DNA from: a virus
Taxonomy: Duplodnaviria; Caudoviricetes
Reading direction: 5' to 3' (one strand)
DNA length: 64,000 nt
Virus record (IMG/VR): IMGVR_UViG_2687453531_000003
Span: 1 to 64,000 of that record
Shown here: one piece after another, positions 17,955-27,210 of the stretch
Layout: the number at the start of each line of letters is the position of its first letter
How positions within the stretch are numbered: the stretch's first letter is position 1
Position numbers and translations under genes: made by a program
Notes under the pieces: model-generated
The model's input: the letters and a program-made list of their open reading frames with translations, nothing else
Database searches by the model: none
Told to the model about the DNA's origin: nothing

Positions 17955-18551
17955 ATGCATACGTCGAATCCTCGACACGAAACCCGCGATGCCGTGCTGA
18001 TCGCCATCGCCGAGGACATGATCGCCCGGACCAGCATGTCGCAGGACGGGTTCGCCGAACGCTTGAACATCGAACTGAACCTGCGGGCGCCGGAACGCTG
18101 CCGCGCCAAGGACTACCCGGACCTGAAGGCCCTGGAAGGCGCGGCCACCAGCCACGTGGACTACGCCCGGATCTACAAGAACTGGAGCAAGCGGGTGGAG
18201 CGCTGGCTCGACGGCGACGTCGAGATCCCGGCCTGGATTGAAGAGTCATGGGTACAGGCACTGGAGCAACCCTGGCGCGAACGCGCGCTGCTGGAGTTGT
18301 CCGGCCGGTACGGCCTGCTCCCGGTGCGGCCGGTCGTGGCTGAGGGCATGGACGCCATGAAGGTGTTCGGCGCGCTGATGCGACGCCTCGGTGATGTCGC
18401 CGGCGTTGGCACCAGGGTCTTCGACGACATGGTCCTCGATGCGCGGGATGGCCAGTTCCTTCCGGACCTGATCAACGCCTTGGACTCCACTGCGGCGAAA
18501 TGCACCACGCTGAGCCGGATGGCCAAGTCGGTTCTGGCGGGCGAAGGGTGA
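17955..18551 (+). CDS. CII-position regulatory protein
   Basis: 198 aa, AGGAGG RBS, between cro and replication genes. Confidence 0.65.
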   Translation: MHTSNPRHETRDAVLIAIAEDMIARTSMSQDGFAERLNIELNLRAPERCRAKDYPDLKALEGAATSHVDYARIYKNWSKRVERWLDGDVEIPAWIEESWVQALEQPWRERALLELSGRYGLLPVRPVVAEGMDAMKVFGALMRRLGDVAGVGTRVFDDMVLDARDGQFLPDLINALDSTAAKCTTLSRMAKSVLAGEG

Positions 18552-18554
18552 TCC

Positions 18555-19517
18555 GTGCCGTCCTTCCAGATCAACGACGAGGAGCGGGAGGCGCTCCGCG
18601 GCCTACCCATGCTTGCCCGCGAGATCTACGTGTTCGCCCTGCGCCCGTTCATGGACTTCGCAACAGGCATTGTCGGAGAGCGGCGAGGGATCTCTTGGAA
18701 GTCGATTGCCGAGGAGCTCTACGTCGAGCCGCACCAGGGCATCAAGGGCGGGGAGCCCTCTGAAAAGGAACTGCGGCGGGCGCTGGTCTGGCTGCAGAAG
18801 GTGGGGCTGGTGGGCCCCAATCTGGCCGAAAGACGCCTGATTTTTGAGTTGCCGAAGGCTTCACGGGATCAATCCGTCCGAAAAAAAGTGGGCACTAAGT
18901 GGGCAGATGAAGCGGGCAGTTATGTGGAAGGGTCGGAGCCCAGTAACTACGCGGCTTTCCCGGAAAAAGAGGGCAGATATGTGGGAGGGGGTGAAAGTGA
19001 AAAAGTGGGCACACCTCCGGTATCCGATATTCCTCCTACTACTCCACCGCGCGAGGACCCGCAGCCCGGACAGCGATTCCCCATGCATGACGCCTGGCTA
19101 CCCAGCGCCAGGGGCTGGCCCGCGACACTGACCCGTAACGGCATGAAGAACTACCAGCTACGCGACGAGGATCTCCTCGAGTTCCGTAGCTACTGGATCA
19201 ACCGCCCCGAGAAGTATCAGTCCCAGGGCCAGTGGGAACACGAACTTGCGCAGAACCTCCTCCGCAACCAGCGCTTCGACCAGAACAGGAGCAGCTATGG
19301 AAACCAAGCAGGAAACGCCGAAGGCCAAGCCGGCCATCGTGCCGCCAAGCGCGGCTTCTCTCATCGACAAGGCCCTCGCTCAGCCGTCGACCGCGTCAAC
19401 GCCATCGTCGCAGCCAACGAGGCTGCCCGACAGGCTGCTGGAACGGCTCTGGGTGAAGATGACCGAGATGTACGGGCACCGCTGGACGTCGAGTTTTGGC
19501 GACAACCCGAACCCTGA
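18555..19517 (+). CDS. Replication initiator (O-like, DnaT-like C-terminal domain)
   Basis: N-terminal wHTH-like region, internal iterons, RFPMHDAWLP...EFRSYW...QWE. Confidence 0.8.
   Translation: MPSFQINDEEREALRGLPMLAREIYVFALRPFMDFATGIVGERRGISWKSIAEELYVEPHQGIKGGEPSEKELRRALVWLQKVGLVGPNLAERRLIFELPKASRDQSVRKKVGTKWADEAGSYVEGSEPSNYAAFPEKEGRYVGGGESEKVGTPPVSDIPPTTPPREDPQPGQRFPMHDAWLPSARGWPATLTRNGMKNYQLRDEDLLEFRSYWINRPEKYQSQGQWEHELAQNLLRNQRFDQNRSSYGNQAGNAEGQAGHRAAKRGFSHRQGPRSAVDRVNAIVAANEAARQAAGTALGEDDRDVRAPLDVEFWRQPEP
18881..19015 (+). repeat. Replication origin iterons
   Basis: Five direct repeats of AAG(T/C/A)GGGCA, e.g. AAAAAGTGGGCAC x2, GGGCAG(T/A)TATGTGG x2, inside the O-like gene. Confidence 0.75.
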
Positions 19518-20058
19518 CGGCGCCTGGGCTACCGTGCTCCAGGGGCTGACCGGCCAGCAACTCGCCCACGGGCTCAACATGCTGACGTTCATGGGCAGCC
19601 GGTTCGATTGGCCGCCGGCGGCGCCGACATTCCGGGAGCTCTGCTTGAGCGTCCAGCCGGAGTCGCTCGGTCTCCCGGACCACGACACCGCGTTCAACCA
19701 GGCTCTGGCGCGCCGCTACCGCCACCAGGTGGTCAAGGCCGCCGCCGAGGCCACCGGCGTTTTCGATCTGCGCACCGGCGAGGTGAACGACGATCGCCTC
19801 CGCAAGCGCTTCGGGTTCCACTACGCCGAGATGGTCCGGCGGTGGGCAAACAACATCCCGCTGAGCCAGCCCATCGTCCACGCGATCGAGCATGACACCG
19901 GGAAGAGCTTGCTGGACCTGGCCGAGGATGAAGCCGAACAGCAGCTCCGCCGGCGGATGCAGGCCCAGGGCCTGGATGGGCTCAGTGGCGCCCAGGCGCG
20001 GGAACTGCTGCTGGCCAAGATGCGCCGGAAAGCGCCGGAGGTGCGCCGTGATGCATGA
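19297..20058 (+). CDS. Replication protein P-like helicase loader
   Basis: LW..MTEMYGHRWTSSFG...WPP..PTFRELC; AGGAG RBS before 19297. Confidence 0.75.
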   Translation: METKQETPKAKPAIVPPSAASLIDKALAQPSTASTPSSQPTRLPDRLLERLWVKMTEMYGHRWTSSFGDNPNPDGAWATVLQGLTGQQLAHGLNMLTFMGSRFDWPPAAPTFRELCLSVQPESLGLPDHDTAFNQALARRYRHQVVKAAAEATGVFDLRTGEVNDDRLRKRFGFHYAEMVRRWANNIPLSQPIVHAIEHDTGKSLLDLAEDEAEQQLRRRMQAQGLDGLSGAQARELLLAKMRRKAPEVRRDA

Positions 20059-20494
20059 CCTCCGCCCGGTGATGTTCACCGTACCCGGCGAGCCGGTGGG
20101 GAAGGGGAGACCGCGTATCGGTCGCGTCGGCGCCCACGCCAGGATGTTCACGCCGGCGAAGACGGCGAACTACGAGGGGCTGATCGCGCACAGCGGACAG
20201 CAGGCCATGGCAGGTCGCGCGCTGTTCGAGGGCCCAGTGCTGGTCGAGCTCGACATCGCGCTCAGCATCCCTCAATCGATGTCGAAAAAGCGGAAGTCGC
20301 TGGCCCTGGCCGGCGGCCTGTACCCCACCAAGAAGCCCGACATGGACAACGTGATCAAGGCGATCTACGACGGCCTGAACGGCGTTGTCTGGAAGGACGA
20401 CGTCCAGGTCGTGAAGGCGGTGGTGGGGAAGCGCTACGGCGAAACGCCAGGCGTGCGAGTGAAAGTCGTCCCTCTCCGCGAGGGCGAGCAGTGA
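20051..20494 (+). CDS. rusA: RusA Holliday junction resolvase
   Basis: PVGKGRPR, KPDMDNVIKAIYDGLNGVVWKDDVQV. Confidence 0.93.
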   Translation: MHDLRPVMFTVPGEPVGKGRPRIGRVGAHARMFTPAKTANYEGLIAHSGQQAMAGRALFEGPVLVELDIALSIPQSMSKKRKSLALAGGLYPTKKPDMDNVIKAIYDGLNGVVWKDDVQVVKAVVGKRYGETPGVRVKVVPLREGEQ

Positions 20495-20522
20495 CCACAG
20501 AAAACCACAGGGGAGAGTCGAA

Positions 20523-21392
20523 ATGAGACTGATCAGCGCGCGCCAGGCTTGGCACGACGCCTTCTACGAGAGTCGGAGCTCAGTGCTGGCGGTGGCGGCC
20601 GACAAGGCCGCGCTGGGCAAGAAGGGTCGGGTGGCCAACGAGACGCACCCCGACCGCAAGGACACCAATGGGCGTAGCGCCCACATGCTTGCCGCCGGCC
20701 TGGTGCAGGCTGCCATCCGCTCGCTGCCGAAGCCGCTGCAGCACTTCGGCCACACGCTGTACTCGCCGCTGGCGACGGGCGATGACGTGGCGATTGCCCA
20801 TGGCCTGGTCTGGATCGGCGCTGGGCTCGGACAGCTCACACAGCGCCAGGGCGAGCGGGCATACTGGATGGCGCTGGCGGCGATCAACTCGCACAAGCGG
20901 GCGGTGAATGGCCGGGACACGCTGGGCCCCGGCGAGGTCTGCCTGTTCATCGAGGAGCGTCTGGGCTGCCGCGTCGACCCCAGCCACTGGGCTCGGGACT
21001 ACGCCAGTACCTGGGAGCGGCTGGCGCGGCACGTCGACAAGCTGGACGCCCAAGCGCTGAAGCCGGTGGCCGAGGTGGTAGCGAAGCAGAGCGGGCTCCG
21101 GAAGGGGCCGGGCTGGCGCTGGCTGGAGAACGACCGGGACGTGGTCGCCGAGGCTCGGGCCGAGCTGTATGCCCAGCGCCGTGAGCACCACCAGCAGCGC
21201 CTGGCCGAGCGCCTGCGCGGAATGTCAGACCACCAGCTGGCAGCCTGGGCGGCGAGGATGAAGCGGTACGGAGAGGCCTACCGGGCAGAGTGGGGCGATG
21301 ACGTCCTGGAACTGCCCGAGGTGCACCAGCGATACCATGACCGCGTGGCTGCCTACTGGACCCAGCGGGAGCGCCTGAAACAGGTCGCTTGA
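20523..21392 (+). CDS. Probable late-gene antiterminator (Q position)
   Basis: 289 aa; last early-right gene, followed by pR'-like promoter and terminator; function from synteny only. Confidence 0.55.
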   Translation: MRLISARQAWHDAFYESRSSVLAVAADKAALGKKGRVANETHPDRKDTNGRSAHMLAAGLVQAAIRSLPKPLQHFGHTLYSPLATGDDVAIAHGLVWIGAGLGQLTQRQGERAYWMALAAINSHKRAVNGRDTLGPGEVCLFIEERLGCRVDPSHWARDYASTWERLARHVDKLDAQALKPVAEVVAKQSGLRKGPGWRWLENDRDVVAEARAELYAQRREHHQQRLAERLRGMSDHQLAAWAARMKRYGEAYRAEWGDDVLELPEVHQRYHDRVAAYWTQRERLKQVA

Positions 21393-21418
21393 CGATTTGG
21401 CGAGCATTTGGGTATCGT
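21389..21418 (+). promoter_or_regulatory. pR'-like late promoter
   Basis: TTGACG-18 nt-TATCGT overlapping the Q-like stop codon. Confidence 0.5.
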
Positions 21419-21459
21419 TTTGCCACTGTGCACAGTTACACCCGCACGACCCAACAAGC

Positions 21460-21489
21460 AAAAACCCCGGCCATCGAGCCGGGGTTTTT
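21460..21489. terminator. Bidirectional terminator (tR' / hicB end)
   Basis: AAAAACCCCGGC-CATCGA-GCCGGGGTTTTT. Confidence 0.88.
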
Positions 21490-21493
21490 CGTT

Positions 21494-22189
21494 TCAGCGC
21501 GAGGCGCTTCGGGGGCCTGACGTTGTCTCCAGCCAGAAGCTGAAGTAGCCGCGGGACTGGATCGCGTTCACCGCTTCCTCCACGTTCCACATCGCGTACC
21601 TGGCACCGACTTCGAATTCGTCGATCGAATCTTCGATCCTGCAGGGTGCTTCCTGCAGCCATTCGTACTGACGTGGAAGCGCCTTCGGGTCAGCGTCCCC
21701 AGGAATCACCAGAACACGGCCTCGCGCCGTATTGGCTATGTACCGGAGCTTGACCACCTGGTTGCCGTAATAGGTGCGGACGCTGAGCTTCGTGTCCAGG
21801 GCGGCAAGGGCCTGTTCAAGCGCTTCCATCTTGGTGTTGTGAAGGAAGTCCACCAGGCGATCACCCTGGGTCTGGGCGATTCCCAGGAGCTTGCACAGGT
21901 CAGACTTGCGCATTCCGCGCTTCATCATCTCGTTCCACAGCGCGATCTTCGCCACGGTGACGGCCGGCAGATGCACGACGTGTTCGCCTTCCTCTGGCGG
22001 AGTTGCTTCCGGGATCGGCTTGCGCGCATCAACGTAGAGCGACAGGGTCGTCTCGATGGCGTCCAGCGCCTCACGGATCGCGTGCTCGCGGTCGTCACCG
22101 AAGCTGTTCAGCTCCGGCAGGTCTCGGCAGAAAACGGCGACGCCAGGCGCGCTGTCGTCCTGTTCGAATCGGATTGCATAGTCGTACAT
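21494..22189 (-). CDS. hicB: HicB antitoxin with HTH and additional C-terminal domain
   Basis: VFCRDLPELNSFGD...EA.DAIET...RKPIPEA; HTH; ~90 extra aa. Confidence 0.9.
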   Translation of the reverse strand: MYDYAIRFEQDDSAPGVAVFCRDLPELNSFGDDREHAIREALDAIETTLSLYVDARKPIPEATPPEEGEHVVHLPAVTVAKIALWNEMMKRGMRKSDLCKLLGIAQTQGDRLVDFLHNTKMEALEQALAALDTKLSVRTYYGNQVVKLRYIANTARGRVLVIPGDADPKALPRQYEWLQEAPCRIEDSIDEFEVGARYAMWNVEEAVNAIQSRGYFSFWLETTSGPRSASR

Positions 22190-22234
22190 GGTCACTCCTC
22201 GGGGTGATCGTTCAGCGTGCAGGCGAGGGGGCTC

Positions 22235-22417
22235 TTAGAGCCCCAGTTGCTTGATGATCGCCTTGCGGGTCGGTTCAGGCATTTCTTTAGCTCCGTGGTC
22301 CGCGAAGGTGGTCGTTTTGCCGTTCGGGGCGGTGATCTTGAAGTGGCTTCCCTTGCCGGCTTCGAAGGTCACCCCTTGGGCCCTCAACCATCGTCTGAAT
22401 TCGCTGAACTTCATCAC
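22235..22417 (-). CDS. hicA: HicA mRNA interferase toxin
   Basis: EFRRWL..QGV.F..GKGSHFKI...HGAKEM...AIIKQLGL. Confidence 0.93.
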   Translation of the reverse strand: MMKFSEFRRWLRAQGVTFEAGKGSHFKITAPNGKTTTFADHGAKEMPEPTRKAIIKQLGL

Positions 22418-22443
22418 CTCGTCTCTGTTGTTCGGATGGGTCC

Positions 22444-22484
22444 ATTATACAACAGATTTGTGGTATTACAACACTTTTGTGGTA
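22444..22484 (-). promoter_or_regulatory. hicAB promoter with two tandem operator palindromes
   Basis: TATAAT on minus strand; TACAACA-N4-TGTGGTA at 22448-22465 and 22467-22484. Confidence 0.75.
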
Positions 22485-22499
22485 TTTGGAGATTGCCCC

Positions 22500-22880
22500 A
22501 TGTCCGAAAGCGGAGCCATCGCAGTAGCTGGCGCCGTCGGATTCGGCGGCGGCTACCTGCTGGGCGTCGACATCAACGCCATCATCGGTGCCTTTGCTGG
22601 CGCCATGTTCTTCGTGGTCCAGGCGAAAGACCTCTCGGTCTTCTCCCGCGTCGGGTACTTCCTGGTGTCCTGGATCTTCGGCTACTACATCGCCGGCGAG
22701 TTCGTCGGTAAGCAGTGGGTGGAGACTTCTGGCCTTGTGGCCGGCGTCGGCGCCCTGTTGTGCGTCTATTTGGGCATCAGCTTGCTGGAGTGGGTGCAGG
22801 GGGGGAAGACGCCGGGTTGGTTCCGCTTCATTGCGGGCCGCTTTGGAGGTCGAGATGATCGAGATGGCCGTAATGGTTGA
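22500..22880 (+). CDS. Putative holin
   Basis: 126 aa multi-TM, AIIGAFAGAMFFV motif. Confidence 0.8.
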   Translation: MSESGAIAVAGAVGFGGGYLLGVDINAIIGAFAGAMFFVVQAKDLSVFSRVGYFLVSWIFGYYIAGEFVGKQWVETSGLVAGVGALLCVYLGISLLEWVQGGKTPGWFRFIAGRFGGRDDRDGRNG

Positions 22881-23205
22881 TCCGTGGTCCCTGGTCGCTG
22901 CAGTGATCTGCAGCGCGATCTGTGTGCGCATCGCCAGCTACCGCCGGCAGGGTGCACGCTACCGTGCTGGCGTTTCGCTACTGGCTTACCTGCTGTCCGT
23001 TGGCTCGGGCTGCTACTCCCTCACGTTCTTCCTCGACACGCTGCGCGGGAACTACCACCCGGCACTATCTCCCTGGCTGCTGATCATCCTGATCGTGCTG
23101 GCCGTTCTGGTCTTCAAGGCGCGCGGCAACGTTGCGCGAATCATCCGTATCGACTGGAGCGACCACTGGGACGGGGCAGAGCGGAGAGGAAAGGGCCGCA
23201 TCTGA
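22873..23205 (+). CDS. Phage holin family protein (3 TM)
   Basis: YRRQGARYR..VSLLAY...ARGNVARI motif. Confidence 0.8.
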   Translation: MVDPWSLVAAVICSAICVRIASYRRQGARYRAGVSLLAYLLSVGSGCYSLTFFLDTLRGNYHPALSPWLLIILIVLAVLVFKARGNVARIIRIDWSDHWDGAERRGKGRI

Positions 23206-23221
23206 GTGCGGCCCCTTTTGA

Positions 23222-23434
23222 TCAGACGTTCCTCAGCGCGGCTTGGATGTTGTCCGCAATCACATTGAGGTCCTCGGAAGCGTCGGTGACAGTGCGATTA
23301 GTGGCTCCGGAGAGCTTCACTGCTACTAATTCAGCAGCAGCAGCAACGGCGTGCGCCCGGCGGCATTGGGGATCGTCATGGCTCCATTCGGATGCATTGA
23401 CGATGGACTGAGCGAGAGAAGAGAGAGACATCAC
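23222..23434 (-). CDS. Small antisense moron protein (70 aa)
   Basis: AAGGAAG RBS; ends at shared hairpin 23192-23220. Confidence 0.6.
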   Translation of the reverse strand: MMSLSSLAQSIVNASEWSHDDPQCRRAHAVAAAAELVAVKLSGATNRTVTDASEDLNVIADNIQAALRNV

Positions 23435-23530
23435 AGCTTCCTTTTGTTGATGGTGAGAAATGGATGTGATGTCGAAATGATGCCTTTCAAGCCCACACTG
23501 AGAAAATAGTCTTCATCAAGGTGCGACAAG

Positions 23531-24127
23531 ATGGCGCTGAACAAGAAGCGGCGCCGGTTCGTCGAGGAGTACTTGGTCGACCTCAACGCGACGCAGGCAG
23601 CAATCCGCGCTGACTACAGCGTTAGGCGAGCGGCAGAAATCGGTTACGAGCTGCTCCGTGTACCCGAGGTGGCCGAAGCGATCGCCCAGGCCATGGCGGA
23701 GCGGTCGAAGCGCACTGAGGTCTCAGCCGACTACGTCGTCCGGCGCCTGCGCGAGATCGACGAGATGGACGTACTCGACATCCTCGAGGATGACGGATCG
23801 TTCCGGTCGATCCGCGACTGGCCCAAGGCCTGGCGCCAGTTCCTGTCCGGCATCGAGATCGCCGAGTTGTTCGAGGGCCGCGGTGACGACCGCCGCATCG
23901 CTGGCGTGCTCCGCAAGGTCAAGTGGCCGGACAAGCTCCGCAACCTGGAGCTGCTGAGCCGGCACGTCGGCACCGAGTCGGCTGCGCTGGACCTGGAGCT
24001 CAAGCGCCTGGACGTGGCGAAGAAGCGCGCCGAGTTGAAGTTGCTGGAAAACCCCGAGGACGAAGCGCCGCCGACCAGCATCGCGGTGACCATCATCGAT
24101 GCGAGGGTGCGCGATGCCGACGCTTAA
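23531..24127 (+). CDS. terS: Terminase small subunit
   Basis: RFVEEYLVDLNATQAAIRA.YS. Confidence 0.93.
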   Translation: MALNKKRRRFVEEYLVDLNATQAAIRADYSVRRAAEIGYELLRVPEVAEAIAQAMAERSKRTEVSADYVVRRLREIDEMDVLDILEDDGSFRSIRDWPKAWRQFLSGIEIAELFEGRGDDRRIAGVLRKVKWPDKLRNLELLSRHVGTESAALDLELKRLDVAKKRAELKLLENPEDEAPPTSIAVTIIDARVRDADA

Positions 24128-25400
24128 CGTGCCTCAGGCAAAGTTCCTGGCGCTTCCGCACAAGTTCTGCGGCTTTGTCGCTGGGTTCGGCTCCGGCAAG
24201 ACGTGGGTGGGCTGCTCAGGCCTCGCCCAACACGCTTGGGAGTGGCCGCGCATCAACGCCGGCTACTTCGCGCCGACCTACGCCCAAATCCGCGACATCT
24301 TCTATCCGACGATGGAGGAGGTGGCCTTCGACTGGGGGCTGCGGACCAAGATCAATCAGGCGAATCACGAGGTTCACCTCTACAGCGGCAGCGCCTACCG
24401 CACGACGATCATCTGTCGCTCCATGGAGAAGCCGCAGACCATCGTCGGCTTCAAGGTCGGCCGGTCCCTGGTGGACGAGCTCGACGTACTGTCGCTGATC
24501 AAGGCCCAGCAGGCCTGGCGCAAGATCATCGCGCGGATGCGCTACAAGGTGGACGGCCTGCGCAACCGTGTCGACGTCACCACCACCCCGGAGGGCTTCA
24601 AGTTCGTATTCCAGCAGTTCGTGAAGCAGTTGCGCGAGAAGCCGCACCTGCAGGACCTGTATGGCCTGGTCCAGGCCAGCACCTACGACAACGAGGCGAA
24701 CCTTCCGGACGACTACATCGATTCCCTGATGGAGTCGTACCCGCCGCAACTGATCGCGGCGTACCTGCGCGGCCAGTTCGTCAACCTGACGTCGGGCACC
24801 ATCTACACCGCCTACGACCGCACTCTCAACGCCTCGCAGGAGACGGTTCAGCCAGGCGAGCCGATATTCGTGGGTATGGACTTCAACGTCGGCAAGATGG
24901 CCGCCGTCGTGCATGTGAAGCGCCTGGGCCTGCCGCACGCGGTCGACGAGATCGTCAACGGGTACGACACCCCGGACATGATCCGCCAGATCAAGGAGCG
25001 GTTCTGGCTGTACGCCGACGGCGACTATCGGCCGACCCGCCAGATCAGGATCTACCCCGACGCCTCCGGCGACTCTCGCAAGTCCGTCCGGGCCAGCGAG
25101 ACCGATATCGCGCTGCTCAAGCAGGCCGGCTTCGTCGTATCGGCTCCGGCCGCCAACCCGCCGGTCAAGGACCGGATCAACTCCATGAACGCCATGTTCT
25201 GCAACGCCAAGGGCGAGCGACGGTATCGGGTCAATCCCGACCGCTGCCCGACCTACGCCGATGCCCTGGAACAGCAGGTGTGGGGCGCCAACGGTGAGCC
25301 GGACAAGTCCGCCGACATCGATCACCCCAATGACGCGGGTGGCTATTTCATCCACAAGGAATACCCGATCACGAAGTATTCCCTCGCAGGTGTTTCCTAA
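24114..25400 (+). CDS. terL: Terminase large subunit
   Basis: GFGSGKT, VDE Walker B, TTTPEG, GMDFN nuclease, DHPNDA. Confidence 0.95.
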   Translation: MPTLNVPQAKFLALPHKFCGFVAGFGSGKTWVGCSGLAQHAWEWPRINAGYFAPTYAQIRDIFYPTMEEVAFDWGLRTKINQANHEVHLYSGSAYRTTIICRSMEKPQTIVGFKVGRSLVDELDVLSLIKAQQAWRKIIARMRYKVDGLRNRVDVTTTPEGFKFVFQQFVKQLREKPHLQDLYGLVQASTYDNEANLPDDYIDSLMESYPPQLIAAYLRGQFVNLTSGTIYTAYDRTLNASQETVQPGEPIFVGMDFNVGKMAAVVHVKRLGLPHAVDEIVNGYDTPDMIRQIKERFWLYADGDYRPTRQIRIYPDASGDSRKSVRASETDIALLKQAGFVVSAPAANPPVKDRINSMNAMFCNAKGERRYRVNPDRCPTYADALEQQVWGANGEPDKSADIDHPNDAGGYFIHKEYPITKYSLAGVS

Positions 25401-27208
25401 TGGGCGTAAGGCGCTTCCTCACTGACAAGCTGGTCAACTTCGTGGCCAACTTGGGCACGGAGCGAGACAAGGCCGCCGGCAACTTCTACGCGCCGGTCGT
25501 GCTCACCGATGAGCAGTTGCACAACGCGTATCGCGGCGCCTGGTTCCCGCGCAAGGTGGTCGATATCCCGGCGAAGGATGCGACCAGGCGTTGGCGGGCA
25601 TGGCAAGCCAGCAAGGCGCAGATCGAGAAGATCGAGGCCGAGGAGAAGCGCCTTCAGGTCCAGGCTCGCACCAAGGACGCTCTGTCCAAGGCGCGGCTCT
25701 GGGGTGGCGCAGCGATCTTTATCGGCACGGGCGACATCGACACCAGCAAGCCGCTGGTGCCTGATCGGGTCAAGGCCGGCGGCATCAAGTATCTGACGGT
25801 GATGAGCCGGCGCGACCTGTCGGCCACTGAGTTGGATCGCGACGTCATGTCACCGAACTACGGCAAGCCCAAGGCCTACCGGCTCGGCGGCAGCGCGATC
25901 GAGATTCACCCGTCCCGGCTGGTGATCTTCACCGGAGCTGATATCCCCGACCAGGACCTGGCCAGTGGCAATCAGTTCGGCTGGGGAGACTCGGTCCTGC
26001 AGGCCGTGTTCGAGGCCATCCAACAGATCGACAGCACCATGGCCAACGTGGCCAGCCTCATCTTCGAAGCGAAGGTCGACGTGATCCGTATCCCCGACTT
26101 CATGCAGGGGATGCAGGACCCGAAGTACGAGAAGCTGGTGCTGGAGCGCATGCGTCTGGCGGCCATGGCGAAGGGAATCAATGGCACCCTGATGCTGGAC
26201 AAGGACGAGGAGTACGACAGCAAATCCGCGAACTTCGGCACGCTGCCGGACATCATGGACCGCTTCATGCAAGCGGGCTGCGGCGCTGCCGATATTCCGG
26301 CAACGCGCATGCTCAGCCAGTCACCCGCCGGCATGAACTCCACTGGTGAGGCCGACCTGCGTAACTACTACGACCGCATCCAGTCCAGCCAGGAGTTGGA
26401 CATCACGCCGGCCATGTCGGTGCTGGACGAGTGCCTGGTGCGGTCCGCGCTGGGCAGCCGACCGCCGGAGATCCATTACGTCTGGAACAGCCTCTGGCAG
26501 ACCACGGCGAAGGAGCGGGCGGACATCGGGAAGATCACCGCCGAGACTATCAAGACCATCGCCGAGACAAGGCTCTTCCCCGAGGACGCGCTCAGCAAGG
26601 CTGCCGAGACCCTGCTGGTCGAGAACAGCGTGATGCCCGGTCTGGAGTCGGCGCTGGAGGAGTTCGGCTCCGAAGTGCCCGAGGGCGAGCAGGACGAGGA
26701 GGGTGGCAACGGATCGTCCAGCCAGGCGCTGAACGACGCGGCACCTCGCACGCTGTACGTCTCGCGCCGGGTGCTGAACGCCGGCGCGATCATTGACTGG
26801 GCTAAGGACCAGGGCTTCGAGACCACGCTCCCGGCCGACGACCTGCACGTCACCATCGCCTACAGCCGGACGCCCGTCGACTGGATGAAGGTCACCCAGG
26901 CCTGGACGGTCAAGCCGAACGGAAACCTGACCTGTTCCGCCGGCGGCCCGCGCCTGGTCGAGCAGTTCGGCAAAGGGGCCGTGGTTCTGCTGTTCAACTC
27001 CTCTGACCTGACCTGGCGGCACGTCGAAATTCGCGATGCCGGCGCCAGTTGGGACTGGCCGGACTACCAGCCACATATCACATTCACCTACCAGCCCGGC
27101 AGCGTCGACCTTGACCAGGTTGAGCCGTACCGCGGCGTCATCGAACTCGGCCCGGAGGTCTTCGAGGAGATCGACGGGGGCTGGGCGGATCGCCTCGACG
27201 AGGAATAA
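25400..27208 (+). CDS. Portal protein (DUF1073 type) with C-terminal 2H phosphoesterase (Acb1/T4 57B-like) domain
   Basis: Position after terL; portal motifs IPATRMLSQSPAGMNSTGEADLRNYYD; then LHVTIAYS and YQPHITF. Confidence 0.88.
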   Translation: MGVRRFLTDKLVNFVANLGTERDKAAGNFYAPVVLTDEQLHNAYRGAWFPRKVVDIPAKDATRRWRAWQASKAQIEKIEAEEKRLQVQARTKDALSKARLWGGAAIFIGTGDIDTSKPLVPDRVKAGGIKYLTVMSRRDLSATELDRDVMSPNYGKPKAYRLGGSAIEIHPSRLVIFTGADIPDQDLASGNQFGWGDSVLQAVFEAIQQIDSTMANVASLIFEAKVDVIRIPDFMQGMQDPKYEKLVLERMRLAAMAKGINGTLMLDKDEEYDSKSANFGTLPDIMDRFMQAGCGAADIPATRMLSQSPAGMNSTGEADLRNYYDRIQSSQELDITPAMSVLDECLVRSALGSRPPEIHYVWNSLWQTTAKERADIGKITAETIKTIAETRLFPEDALSKAAETLLVENSVMPGLESALEEFGSEVPEGEQDEEGGNGSSSQALNDAAPRTLYVSRRVLNAGAIIDWAKDQGFETTLPADDLHVTIAYSRTPVDWMKVTQAWTVKPNGNLTCSAGGPRLVEQFGKGAVVLLFNSSDLTWRHVEIRDAGASWDWPDYQPHITFTYQPGSVDLDQVEPYRGVIELGPEVFEEIDGGWADRLDEE

Positions 27209-27210
27209 CG

